Below, one piece after another: positions 52,301-64,000 of a stretch of DNA of 64,000 nucleotides. Each line of letters starts with the position of its first letter. The stretch's first letter is position 1. The DNA is taken from NCBI GenBank assembly GCA_973851085.1, contig OZ316775.1, positions 2,294,001 to 2,358,000 of the forward strand, read 5' to 3'. Made by a program: the position numbers and the translations under genes. The notes below the pieces were generated by a model. That model saw only the letters and a program-made list of their open reading frames with translations. It did not search any database and was not told the origin of the DNA. The stretch is from Ptychomitrium polyphyllum (Eukaryota).

Positions 52301-55300
52301 GACATTTCAGTGTCGGAGTCTGATAGGCGAAGAGCTATTGCCCGCGAACGTCAGGCTGCGGCTATGGTACTATCAGTTATCCTATCGGTTTATAGCATTC
52401 TTATGTGCTTCTGAAGATCCAATATATTATTGTCATGATCACTTTCAATGAATTTGTCTGCTCTAGTCGTGGTTTTTGAATGTTGAAGGTTTGCTCATAG
52501 CCGATAAACATCTATGGTGCATGTATCCGTTCAGTTTTTCTGTGAGGTAAAAAGTTCTTGGTTTAATTATCCCTTAATATGTGTATTGTCTCAGGCAAAA
52601 ATGAAAGCTGCACAGGAGAGGTTTGTGGTCAGTTATAAGCCAACAGAAGAGAGCAGTGGTTCTGGGGAGGGTGATGAAGCAGAAGCAAAACGACCAAAGG
52701 AGTCCGGGGCAGGCTGTGATGATTTATACGAGGATGTTCAAGTTACTCATTGTGCACTATGTCGTGATGCTGCAAGTACAAGTCCCCTGTGTTTTTTGGT
52801 TCTTATTCAGGTACTTCTGGTGCTCTTCTGCGTTTCATGTTTACAGCTTGACATTTCAGAGGGCTTTTTTGTGCCTGATCAGTTTGGAGTGTTAATTTAC
52901 ACTTTGAGTATATAATATTTTTGCTTGTGGCTCGTTAATGACTTTCCTACCAAGATATTTTCTTCTATTCCGTATTAAGTCGTAGTTCCTAGTAAAGTTC
53001 TCAATGTTTCTCTTCAATCTGGATATCTTTATTGTATAGATGAACATCACTCCTTCCATTCGCTGTGTTGTTAATGCTGTTTCATGAGCTTTGCGTTAAT
53101 GAGTCATTTTTTAATTCCTGTTTTGGTCTCTCTTAGTCAGAATGTTTGCAATGGTCAACTCAAGCAAATCATTGTTTTTCTCTTTTTTTGACAGAGATCA
53201 AAGCTGCTTGCGATTGCAGAGAAACTTACTCCGTCCTGGGAGCGTAGTCTATTTACGCTAATAGAACATGTAGACCGAGAAGGTGAAAGTTCTGAAGGGG
53301 CAAGCACTGCCACTGGACCGGATGGAACGAGGTATCTGAACAGTACTGCAGAGCTCTGGCAATGGATTCAAGAAGCTTTGGGGGATACTCAGACACGTGC
53401 TCGCCTACTGGATGGTGAGGACTTATTGGAGCTATTGCGAAACGGACCTGGTATTCGTAATCCTCCTCGTGTGACCCCTGAGTTTCTATGGAACTGGGAT
53501 GCTACGGCTACTACAGCTGCAACACCTGCAGACACAGAATCGGAAGAAGTTGAATCCAGTAGTGAGATTACTGAGACTGAAAATAACAGTGTCGCTGGGA
53601 CCAGTGAAGCAGCAGGTTTGTTGAATATAGTCAAATATTTGGAATTGATATTTGATCTTTGCTGCCGTAAGGCCATTTATTTTGTCAGCATCTTGCCTTC
53701 GTTCTCATACTTTTACAATTTTTAGAGTTGTTGCAACGGTATTGATAGGAGTAAGGTTTTGTACGTTGCAGGCATTGTTGACGTAAACTGGTGGGAGGAC
53801 AATTACAGTAGGGTTGATCAAGAAGAGAGTACTACAAACAGAGACAAGGCAGTTTCAACTGTTCTAGCAGAATACGTAGCTACAGCTGTTCGTCGAGATG
53901 AGTCTCGGTCTCAAGAACGGACTCGCCATGGAAGAAACGAACCTCCTAGGCAGGCAGGTCTAGAGCAAGGGAGAGAAGCTGCTACTCGAAGCAGGAGAGC
54001 ATCTGCCCGGATTTCTTTAGCAATGGCTGAATCTGGACGTTCCAAAGGCAATGACACAGTGGGTATCCACATGTCTGCTTGTGGGCATGCAATGCACCAA
54101 GAGTGTCGTGACCGCTACTTTTCCTCCCTTCTGCAGAGGTACTGGGAGCATACTTGTGTCCGTAGTTGCTGCTCTTAAATTCAATATTTTTTTACTAACA
54201 AGCAAGTATATACCTAAGCCGCTAGTTATTGAGACAAACTCTTGTGAAGAATGACAAAGGAAACACCTCTTTGTCTTTACTTGAATTTACTTGAACTTTT
54301 GCTTCGTTTTCTTGAGATACTGTATTTTGACGCTACATTGTTCGATTTCAGATTTTATAACAGGGCTTTGTTCGAAGGAGTACAAATAGTGGATCTTGAA
54401 ATGGTATGACTTATCCACGTACATTTGGCAGTTATTATCATCCTTCTTTAGAATGTATATTTTATAGCTTAGGCTTGCTCAATTTACCTGGTATTATTGG
54501 TGGGTTTACCATGCAATATTATGTTACCAACTTACGTGGTTTATTGACTCAAAAATTGTTTTTGACAGGGAGAGTTTCTCTGCCCAGTTTGTCGTCGACT
54601 AGCAAATGCGATTCTGCCAGTTTTGCCTGGCCAAACAGGGTTGAACAGTACTTTTAAAAGTCCAAGTGTGGCTCAACTTAAAAGTGGTGTTTCTTCTAGT
54701 CCTGCCTTGCTACAGGTGGACCATGCACTGCGACTGCTTGTAAAGGCTGAAGAATTAGTTTCTAGATCAGAATTCCGTAAAGTAGCCGATCCACAGCTTC
54801 CTGACACTGTTAAGGGAGTTCTAGAGGACCTTTCAAAACGACTTAGTGGTTTGTTTTATACTGAGAAGGATCTCTTTCCTTCACCGGGTTCTGTTCAAGC
54901 GCATGTACATCAAGGGTTACTTCTTTGGGATGTCTTCAGATACTCTCTCATGTCTGCAGAGTTGGCTGCTCGTAGCCAGAAAGTGTCCGTGGATACTGAT
55001 AATGGTTTGATGGCATTACTGGAGATGGGTGAGGCATCGCATGGTTCAGTATTACCTCTCCTACTTCATGCTGCAAGAGCAACACAAAGTCAGAGTCGAC
55101 AAGCTGTGTTACTTCGGGCAAGAGGAATGCAACTGTTGTTGGACTCAATCGTCAACGGCAATTCCAGGGATATGCATGCAAACTCCCATGGTAAGCTCTA
55201 TGTTTCAAAGGACTTTCTAATGAGAAAGAAACAGGAGAAGTCGTCACGATCTCTCAGTGCTATATCGATGGGTTAGGTTTCTGGAATTGGGGACTTTGAT

Positions 55301-58300
55301 TATGACACCTTGCTTTTTCGTTATTAACGAGGTCCCATTTTTTGACAAGTAGTTTTACAGTATCATACTATGGCACTTGTGGGATCCTTTTTTTCACCCG
55401 TCGGTACCATTCTTAACGCAATGACGTCTGCTACTCGTTTATTTGCAGGCAATTACTCTGCTCTTTTGAAATATCTAGACAATGATTATGTGGACATACA
55501 GTTGTGGAAGAGACTGGCTGATCCAATTTTAGTTCATAATGCCTTTTCTTCGTTCATATGGCTGCTTTTCTGCCTGCCTTTGCCGTTTCCTGCAAACGGT
55601 GCACCGTTTACAGCACTTGTTCATCTGTTCTATCTCGTGTCTATTATCCAGGTGATTTCTGTTCCTTTGTAGGATTTATGACCATTTATGCATATGTTTC
55701 ATGTATACTAAGCTTCATTTACTTTATTGGAATCACGTCTATTGTTAAAGCTGATATTATTGACACGGGTGATGCGGTAGCATGGTCACTGTACTTTGGA
55801 ACTACTTTGATGTCTACTTATAGTCATTTTAGTTTAGATTTTAAAGACTTATCGATCTTCTTTTTTTGCAGATTATTGCACAGCTTGGTTCATTTGCAGC
55901 GTCAGATACTGAATTGACGCCATCGGTGCGAGCATTCTTTGCAGCAGTGCATACGGGGTTGGCTGGAACGGTTCTCGAGTCTTCTTCAGAGGACAGCAAT
56001 GTTTCTCTCACTTCAGGACCTACTTTGGGTCTCATACGACGCTGTACTTTACCTTTCCTACGCCGATGCTATCTTTTACAAAGTTTAATGTCCGGTGCTG
56101 CGCAAGTTCTTCCTGTGGCAAGAGCTCACCAATGGGAAATTCCTCAAGGTTATAGTCAGTCAGCAGGTGCTGAATTGGCTTCTGTTGACGTAAAAGACGT
56201 GGATAATCAGGTCTTGCTGGAGATGGAGCAGTTAGATCAGCTTGAAAGTGTTTTTCTGATTCCTCCATTGGAAAAGATTTTTGAGCAGGGTGCTATCCAA
56301 CATCTTGTTCAAGCCTGGTGCAAACATGTTAAGACTGACAGTGGTGTACGACGCATCCTGTATAGTCCACGTGTAACCACAGCGTCTCCTTTCAAATTGA
56401 TGCAGCTGCCATATTTATTTCAGGATCTCATGCAACGGTATTCATCTAAATGGCCGTGGTATTTCAAGCTTATAGACCAATGTGTCAATTTACTAAATAA
56501 CCATCTCTGGAGTTGCGGCCTAATTGATTAGCTTGAGTCTTACGGAGCTGTCTTTATTTCCTTCTGATCTTGTTTACTACGGAGAATTTCCTTTCTGCAG
56601 TTTTACTGGAGGTTACCTTAGCCGGTTTTTCCATGTTTTGGGTTTGCTAAGGCTAGCTTCAATGAGGATTTTGAAAGTCAAATTGCAGTTGGATTTATTA
56701 GTGTGTAGTAAACAGTGACTGACTTAGGAGTTCGCTGTGCAGGTATGTGAAAGAGAAGTGCCCTTCTTGTAAGACAGTTCCTGATAAGCCTGCTCTATGC
56801 CTACTGTGTGGAGCTCTCTGTTGTGCAGTTAGCTCACGTCCTTGCTGCAGGTCAGCTTCCGAAACTTTTCTTTTCGCAACTCTGTTATTCTCTCTTAAGC
56901 TAATTTGGCTGAAATTAGGAAACAAGAATACATGATTCGTAATGGAGATGCTCGGGCATTTAGTCATTAGTTTCAAAGTAGGTGGGGGTATTCTTGAAAA
57001 CGTAAAAGCAATATTCGTTCTTTACAGACTTTCTCTTATACCTGCACTAGTGTTGGGCTTGGAATGGCTTAGCACTGTCATTAGTAGATTGTTACGGTTA
57101 CCTCAGTGTTGATCCAGTGTCCAGATTGTGCGAGGGATTTTCCATGCTTATGTTACTATGCACGTTCATTGTATGATTGTGATGATGACATTTGGAGATC
57201 ATGAATATATTAGGGATTTTTTCTGACAAATTGTTGAACTACAAAACTAATGATTGGCTATTTGCATTGACAGTGTCAATAGACAAGGATGCACCAGGCA
57301 TTCCATGAAATGCGGCGCAGGCATTGGGATCTTTTTGATGTTGCGAGTAATTGTTACTGAACTCTCTGTTTATCTTTGTAATATAGATACCTGACATCCA
57401 AGCCTGTATATACGGCTCTATCCTGTGGATCTTGATTAGAAAATCTGATACTGTAGTAAACTTACTGTGAAGGAACTTATAAGGATAATTTCTTTTGACA
57501 CACAGGCAGACTGAAGCAAATTTATCATCTAGATGTTCCGAAATTCTATTAAATATTATGTATACATATAATAGATTGAGTATCTTCGTTAGTTACACTT
57601 TTTTGTAACTGTATAAGGTGAATTCTTCGTTTCAGCCACTCACATGGAAGGTAATTTGTATTCTTTTCTGCAGAGGACCGATATTTTATTGCAGCGATCT
57701 GGACGGCAAGCTGTGTGGCCATCTCCATATCTTGATGCTTTTGGAGAAGAGGTTTGTATTTTCCCGTTCCATAAGGAGACTGAATTTTGATCTTGTGAAC
57801 GGGGATATCAAACATTGGGGAATTGTTTGTTGCTGTGCTTTCGTATCTGCCGTTGTCCTTTTGATTTTTTTAATTGGAGTTAGCAGCGAATATTTGTTAA
57901 AGGTCATTGGAGTTTAAAGAGATCTTCCTGCATAATTGTTTTTAATATTGATATTCGATCTTGCATGACAGGATCTTGATTTACGGAGAGGCAAGCCTTT
58001 GTTTCTTAGCCAGGGACGATATGCTGCTCTCACGAATACGGTATATTACAACTCAATTGTGCTGTAATTTGGGCATATTGACCTTAACCTTAGTAGTGGT
58101 CGGTTGCTATGAACGATGACCTTTCTTGCTTCAAGTGCAACTGATTGCTGCTTAGACTCTGTTGATAATGTGTAATTATTTTTATTGTCATCTGTTTCTG
58201 GTGGTCCTGTGAGAATGAGTTGATGGCGCTTGATTAAGTATTGAAGCTTGCTTCATAGATCTTAACGTCTTCTGCGCACAAGGCACATCTAGCTTATTTT

Positions 58301-58455
58301 TACCAAATTAGCAATTGTCGCATCTCATCTCAACTTTCATTTCATCTTTTTGGTTAAAGAATTGGTTGTTTGCCAAATCCTTGTAGGTGGCAGCACATGG
58401 GCTAGATTACAGCTCACCAGTTTTGTCGCACACAACTCGGGACATCCTATTTTGA
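46320..58455 (+). CDS. PRT6: UBR1-type E3 ubiquitin ligase PROTEOLYSIS 6 (Arg/N-degron recognin), ~2219 aa, 19 exons
   Basis: UBR box GVCGAVWGSNDIAYRCRTCEHDPTCAICVPCFQNGDH...GGGCCDCGDVTAWKQSGFCSRH; VSFHIPLHR; QAGMWRRNG; ELDLYHPRW; split RING (CALC ... ACGHAMHQECRDRY ... FLCPVCRR); C-terminal CPSC/ALCLLCG/WPSPYLDAFGEEDLDLRRGKPL. Exons: 46320-46454, 47323-48456, 48703-49617, 49775-50211, 50501-50641, 50869-51112, 51557-52366, 52595-52810, 53195-53615, 53772-54138, 54352-54403, 54569-55190, 55449-55651, 55872-56437, 56743-56850, 57274-57346, 57674-57751, 57972-58040, 58387-58455. Total 6660 nt, in frame. Confidence 0.96.
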
Positions 58456-61156
58456 ATTACATCTCTGTATCCTTTCGACGAGAATTTCCTTCCAATGTGC
58501 ATCTAGCAGAGGTGAGCCACACAATGTTAGTACATTCACTTGTTTCAATTTTGTAGTTTCATTTATCAATAGCCAGACTGACTATCTTCAAGTATAATTT
58601 GGTTGTTTTTGGTTTCTCGACAGCATTCTTTCTCTACGCCTTTGATCTGGATCTTCTTTTTTGTTTATGATAGGAACATCGAGTCAGTTCGTTAGGATTT
58701 ATCACCAGGGTGACGATATCAGTAAGATTGTAGTGGCTGGGACATCCAAACTGGCAGGTTTCATAATTACGAACTCTGGATAGGTAAGGAACAAACATGA
58801 CAGTTGTGATTTACCATCCTCTGTCTGATCTAGTCACTTCTCTTGTTCACCCCTTGCGCTCCTCTTGTACATCTCTTTGAACGTCACCACTGCACTCAAT
58901 ATATTAATTTTGCTATTTGTTTCGAACTTGCCTGTAAAGATTACTATACAACTTCTGAAATTCTTCCTTTTAGGAACAGTGTGTGATTGGGCACTTTTTT
59001 ATAGTTGTGTATCACATATTTCTTGCTTTTGATTCTAAGAAGATGCAGTTACGGTGTAGTAAGTACACAAGGACTAAATTCATTGATGCTATGCAGGTCT
59101 TCATCAGCTTTGCGAGGAATAGATGGACTCGGTAGTACAGAGGAACTTACAATCAAGGCTTGGGAATTTTTATGATAGGATTTCAGTTGTAAATTTCTGG
59201 ATATGAACATGTAGATAGGATGTGATTTTTTTGGAGTAGAACTTTGTCTTTTAGATGTCTTGACGATGCCAGGGTGGTTCAAGTAATGCAGCAGATTTTA
59301 CGTTAATCTGTTGTGCTTATGCATTTATTACCATCATGAAGTTCAAATTGGTCCTAAGCAGAGGACAGTTGAGAGTTTAGGGTTTAGGATAAAAAGGCAG
59401 AACAGTGATTCTGGATATTTGTAATGTGTATGTTTATTTTAATTTGTGTAAGGATTAAGAGAGTGCAAGCACTCTCATACTGATTCACTCAAACGAATAT
59501 CTGTTTCTAATTCAAATGTCATGCCTGGTTTATGGCCACTGGGGTTGTCTTGTCAAGTTGTTACTGTTTGAGAAGTCAGAAAACACCTCTAAGACTATTA
59601 TCATACTTAACCCCTTATTATCCATCTACAGCTTGGTTTACTCACATAAAACATACATAAAACATGTCCACTGATTGGTCAGCTCCTTTACCACCACTTT
59701 ATGCATGCACAATGCCTAAATGACATGGTTGTAATCGCTTAGAAAGTGAGTTTAAAATTCGCCTTCTCGTTCATTACTATCATTTCATAAGTCCATTTAT
59801 ATCCAATTTTAATCTCAGTATCACCATTCGTATTTATTTCTTACCCAATTTGTCCAGCTATTCCAGTGTTCATTCCCAGTGCCAGAACACACCTTGTCCA
59901 CTACAGACAGCACAATGAGATATTAACAAAGTTGGGGCACATACTTAATAGAAACAAAACTTAGTTTGGGCATTAGTGTGTGCATGTCCTTCAAAATGAG
60001 ATCTCCCTAGGGCCACAACTGCAACCACATTAAAATCACCACATTAATGAGGTTGTGTATTACTTCTTGGACAAAAACTTGGACCACCTCTTAAAAATGT
60101 AAAATAAGCACACTCATCAATGGTATGGGGTTTTGAGAACTCCTGCAATACATTTGTTCATGGCTCAGGAAAGTAGACCACAGCAAAACCTTTCATAGTT
60201 CCATTTCTTCAAAGGGATAGTTCACTCCACTGTTCTAAAATTCTGTCCCTTGTGGAATGAATGTATAAGTATAATGTCAGACCCCATACGTGGCTTAATT
60301 CCAAAATGGCATTCTGTGTGTATAGCGGATGTCCATGAACCTGTCTACCTTATTCCACGGATTCCAAACTCTACGACACTCATTTCTTACACAGACGACG
60401 AGAGACCAGTTCCTGCAGCAAAAGCCACCAATGGGACGCCAACGGCGGTGGAACTTGGAAGTCAGACTCCGGAAAACTAACAACGAACGCTCCTCATCCA
60501 AAGCACCACACCAACAGAGGAAATTACATCCGACGACTGATCACAAGGCAATACCTTAACACGGCACTGCACCCAAACCAAGCATCATCAACGGTACTTC
60601 TACGTTCAACACTGGAAGTCTAGAACCTGGCTAGATAGCGCACCATGTGGAGAGAATGGCTATTGGGGAGAGCAGGGCTTAAAAAAGGAGGAGCTTTATC
60701 CGAAGGGAAGTGGAGGCGAGGGCAGGGATTGGCTGTCACGTTTGTCCGCGAAGGTCGCGCTTTTGAGACTCAGCGGGAATGATCAGATAATTTTCTAGAC
60801 GATCGACCAGCTCAGGATCCTCGCTCTCCAGGCGGAGCTGCGGTTGGGCGATCCGACAAGTGGGCTGCGCGGCGCCGGAATCGGATCGAGCTCATCATTT
60901 TGGCTGTGTACAACAGACGGGTTTTTTTTTCTAATCGAAGGTGGGTTTGGGTGGAGTTCGTGGTGGGAAGGGGGCGAGGGGAGGACTGAAGCTGTGAGAG
61001 GTGGGCGTGAGTTGTGAGCTGAGAGTGAATTGGAGTGGGTTGTGGACTGCAGGAGTGTGTTGGTGGATGGTGGCGGGGGGTTGATTAGAGTTGCATGTGT
61101 TGGTTTGCAGGGTTGTCGAGAGGGTGGTAGAGTGGGAGGAGGGGAGGGAGGGGGCG

Positions 61157-64000
61157 ATGGCGCTCTTGTTGCCGCAGTGTGCTCCTCCGGAGTCACTGCA
61201 CCAGCTCGCCAGTATTCGGCATCGGCTGTCTCTGCAGCAGCAGCATCGGGTAATCGACTCTCTGCGTTCGTTTCTCTTTCTTTCGCCACAATATGGTTCT
61301 CTAGAAAGATTCATCTCTTGTGACGTTTTCGAGCTCGTAGCAGAGCTTCTGTACTGTGAATGAAGTTTGAGATTATTTTTTCACGATTAGGTACCTGTGG
61401 TGGACTAGTTTTTCATCAGTCTTGGAACTCCCTCTGGAATTTCATTTCAGTGTTTCTCCCACGTGACGAGTTGGTTGGTTTGCCTTGATGGGTTTGGTTG
61501 GTAAATATCAAGAATCATGTCGGTAACAGCTTTCTTGAAGTAACTAGGTCTCGTAATCATCAGCTCTGCATAGATCTCTTCTTCCTGAATCCTCTCTGGT
61601 CGGAGTTCAATGGAGGAAACTCCATCGGTTACCAGTCACTGATGGAATCTTGGTCTTATATCGTGAGATCAGGCAGAATTTATTTCGAGTCAAAGAATAG
61701 GACGTTGGCGGTATGACTTTATGGAGGATTCCATATTTTAATAAACTATGGCATGTAGTATAGACAACCGTCCCTTCCAAGCTTGAGTGAAGAGGTTTTT
61801 GGAGGCCTATTTCCTGCGAAACAGATGGTCATCTTCCTAGTTTTGAAACAGTAAACCATGTTGGAGAGTGAGCTTTTAGGTTTAAGCCCATTCGTTTGAG
61901 TGATGCAGGACGGAAGAACTCTAATTTTGTTCAATTGTGGATCTTGTCTAATGTTTGGATCTATTAAAGACATGGGTTTAATCATGCATTTAGTTTAGCG
62001 ATAATATTATATATATTTTTAGTTTCCATTGGCTGATGAGAGCACATGTTTGGGAGAGGATCACTTCAACCTAAAAGTCTCTTATCTGGTGCATCTATTT
62101 CTGCAGTCACGTAGATCAGCTCGCGCAAAGCATGGAGCGGCAGAGAGCAGCACAAAGACGCACGCGGCCTCGAACGATCACATCAAACTTCCAAGCTCTG
62201 AGCCATGTTGCAAAATCTCGCCGCTGGTCGTGGCACCGAGGGAGCCTGTCCGCCGGTCATCTCGGCTGCGAGCCAAGAAGGGTCGGAATGGCGCCAAGAC
62301 AGAGCCCACAGAAGACACGGAGGCAGCAGAATGGGTAAGCAGAGTTCTCGCCAACAATGGAATAGTGGAGGTGGATCCAGTGACTATGGCGGAACTCAGC
62401 GCTGGGAAAACGGACACCACCAATACTCATAATCGTATCGCTAGTCTCACTACTTCATCTGAGGTTCCTGACTACTTCCCCCCCAGGGGTCCCGCGTTTC
62501 CCAGATTTCCCGGAGTGCCTTTTGAAGTTGCCATAGCTGCTGGTGAGAACACTTTTTTTAATACAAGTGAGCTGTGAATCATTTGACAACTTATAATTTT
62601 GAGAGGGAAACAGTTACAAGTTTTGGACGGCTTATGATTAGTGTTTGGTCATGATGGATACAGGCTCTGCTATTGCTCTGGCTACGGTTGCGGCTATATT
62701 GAACTCTCTAAGTAATCAAAGAGTTGGAGCTAAATCCAGGCAATCTGATTCTGAAGAAAACAACTTTGGTAGCGACTTTGCTGGTGAATCTGTCAAATCG
62801 TCGAGTGATTCTAATCCTCCCCTTCTGACGAGGGACAAGAAACTACCGGCGGATGTGTTGGCAAGCACAGCAGGTGTATCAGCTGGAGCAGCAATTCTTA
62901 CCGCGTTCGATCTGCAACCTGGTTCGGTGAGGACAGGATTTGATTATTCTTCGATGCCCTTGCCTCCGAGCCTCTCGAAGAATGGGTCAAACCGTGACTC
63001 GCCACCCCGTGAACGACAAAGGAAGTGGGACTCTGTTCGTCCCTTCTTCACTCCACACAGGTCACCTGAATCTTTTCCGAGGCCAACTCCTTCTAATTCG
63101 AAGTGGTCAGAAGAAAAATACAAGTCTGTCTCCCCTTTCTTCCCTTCAGACCGGTCGGCTGTGAATGGTTTATCATCGGAGAGTATCACCCCTTTCTTTG
63201 CTGATGATCGAGGTAGGGAAGTCAAGAATGGACCTTCCTTGGAGGCTGTTACGCCTTTCTTTGCAGATGAACAGGGCAGTGAAAGTAACAACGGGACTTC
63301 TTTGGAGAGCGCCACCCCTTTCTTTGCTGATGATCGAGGCAGGGAAGTCAAGAATGGACCTTCCTTGGAGGCTGCTACGCCTTTCTTTGCAGATGAACAG
63401 GGCAGTGAAAGTAAGAACGGAACTTCTTTGGAGAGTGCCACCCCTTTCTTTGCTGATGATCGAGGCAGGGAACTCAAGAACGGATCTTCCTTGGAGGCTG
63501 CTACGCCTTTCTTTGCAGATGAACAGGGCACTCAAAATAAGAGCGGGACTTCTTTGGAGAGTACTACCTCTTTCTTTGCAGATGATCAAGGCAGGGAACT
63601 CAAGAATAGACTCTCATTGGAAGATGTTACTCCTTTCTTTGCTGATGAGCAGGGTAGAAGTTCAACAGGCGTGTCACAATCAAAGGGCAGCTATCAGAAT
63701 GTAACGCCATTCTTCCCGGATGATCGTGTTGTGAGATCAGGCAGAACCGGGCAGCCGTCTAATTCAGGGTTCAGGGAGCAGTCAGGTATCTGGGATGGAG
63801 AAAGCAATGAGGCAATGAGAGATCCTTTGGCTGAGGCTTCGTCGGCTGATTCAGTGCCAGAGCTTCGTAGAATAGTGAATCTCAAAGGACGAACTCCAGT
63901 GCATTCTTCTCAATTCACTGACCAGAGGAGCGTGGGGGATGAGCGTGTTTTTGCGGCTGTTCCCGAGGACCTTCTCAGTGGCCCTATGCAGTCGGAGGGG
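61157..64000 (+). CDS. Uncharacterised protein (partial, >622 aa): transit-peptide-like N-terminus, single hydrophobic helix, low-complexity region with TPFFAD repeats
   Basis: Exons 61157-61249, 62107-62542 and 62664-beyond 64000 join in frame via GT-AG. The third exon is stop-free for 1337 nt to the window end and is absent from the ORF track because it has no stop. The ATG choice for exon 1 is inferred. Confidence 0.8.
63179..63660 (+). repeat. Coding 63-bp tandem repeat (8 units; alternating A/B units give a 126-bp higher-order period)
   Basis: Units start at 63179, 63242, 63305, 63368, 63431, 63494, 63557 and 63620. They encode ESxTPFFADDRGRExKNGxSL alternating with EAxTPFFADEQGSESxNGTSL. 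Confidence 0.95.

Noticed and set aside
59376..59388. Telomere-like TTTAGGGTTTAGG (also single TTTAGGG words near 45400 and 45850)
   Set aside because: Fewer than two full units; at most telo-box-like words, not an interstitial telomeric array.
62944..63704. Three repeat-rich ORFs in the track (62944-63531 -, 63165-63704 +, 63173-63589 -)
   Set aside because: These are shadow frames of the 63-bp coding repeat. The frame continuous with the upstream exons is a different + frame that runs to the window end.

Overview
Eukaryotic nuclear DNA from a land plant, most likely a moss or other bryophyte. This is inferred from GT-AG multi-intron plant genes, long intron-containing 5' leaders, and very AT-rich decayed-repeat blocks; the species cannot be fixed from sequence alone. 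No prokaryotic features, CRISPR arrays, rRNA or tRNA were seen. Eight protein-coding genes can be reconstructed: (1) a secreted IDA/PIP-like peptide precursor (+1791-2207); (2) a 4-coumarate:CoA-ligase-like enzyme (+13151-15471); (3) ATP-citrate lyase subunit A (-18483-21861); (4) an mRNA cap guanine-N7 methyltransferase 2-like protein with a long C-terminal extension (-24086-28640); (5) a U4/U6.U5 snRNP 27K-like protein (-32839-34615); (6) a DHHC S-acyltransferase (+37735-40665); (7) the N-degron E3 ligase PRT6 (+46320-58455, 19 exons); (8) an unrecognised gene cut by the window end (+61157->64000). Gene 8 has a transit-peptide-like N-terminus, one hydrophobic helix, and 11 copies of a PFF-type motif (core TPFFAD[DE]), 8 of them in a 21-aa tandem array. 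Non-coding features include a 1145-bp solo LTR with a 5-bp TSD, a fold-back MITE-like family and a perfect 8x33-bp array. The best candidates for something new are the repeat-motif membrane protein, the IDA-like peptide, and several unusual translation/splicing arrangements (intron-split ATG, chained uORFs and a recursive-splice-like exon start in PRT6). Exon coordinates were derived by hand from splice consensus and frame continuity, not from transcripts.
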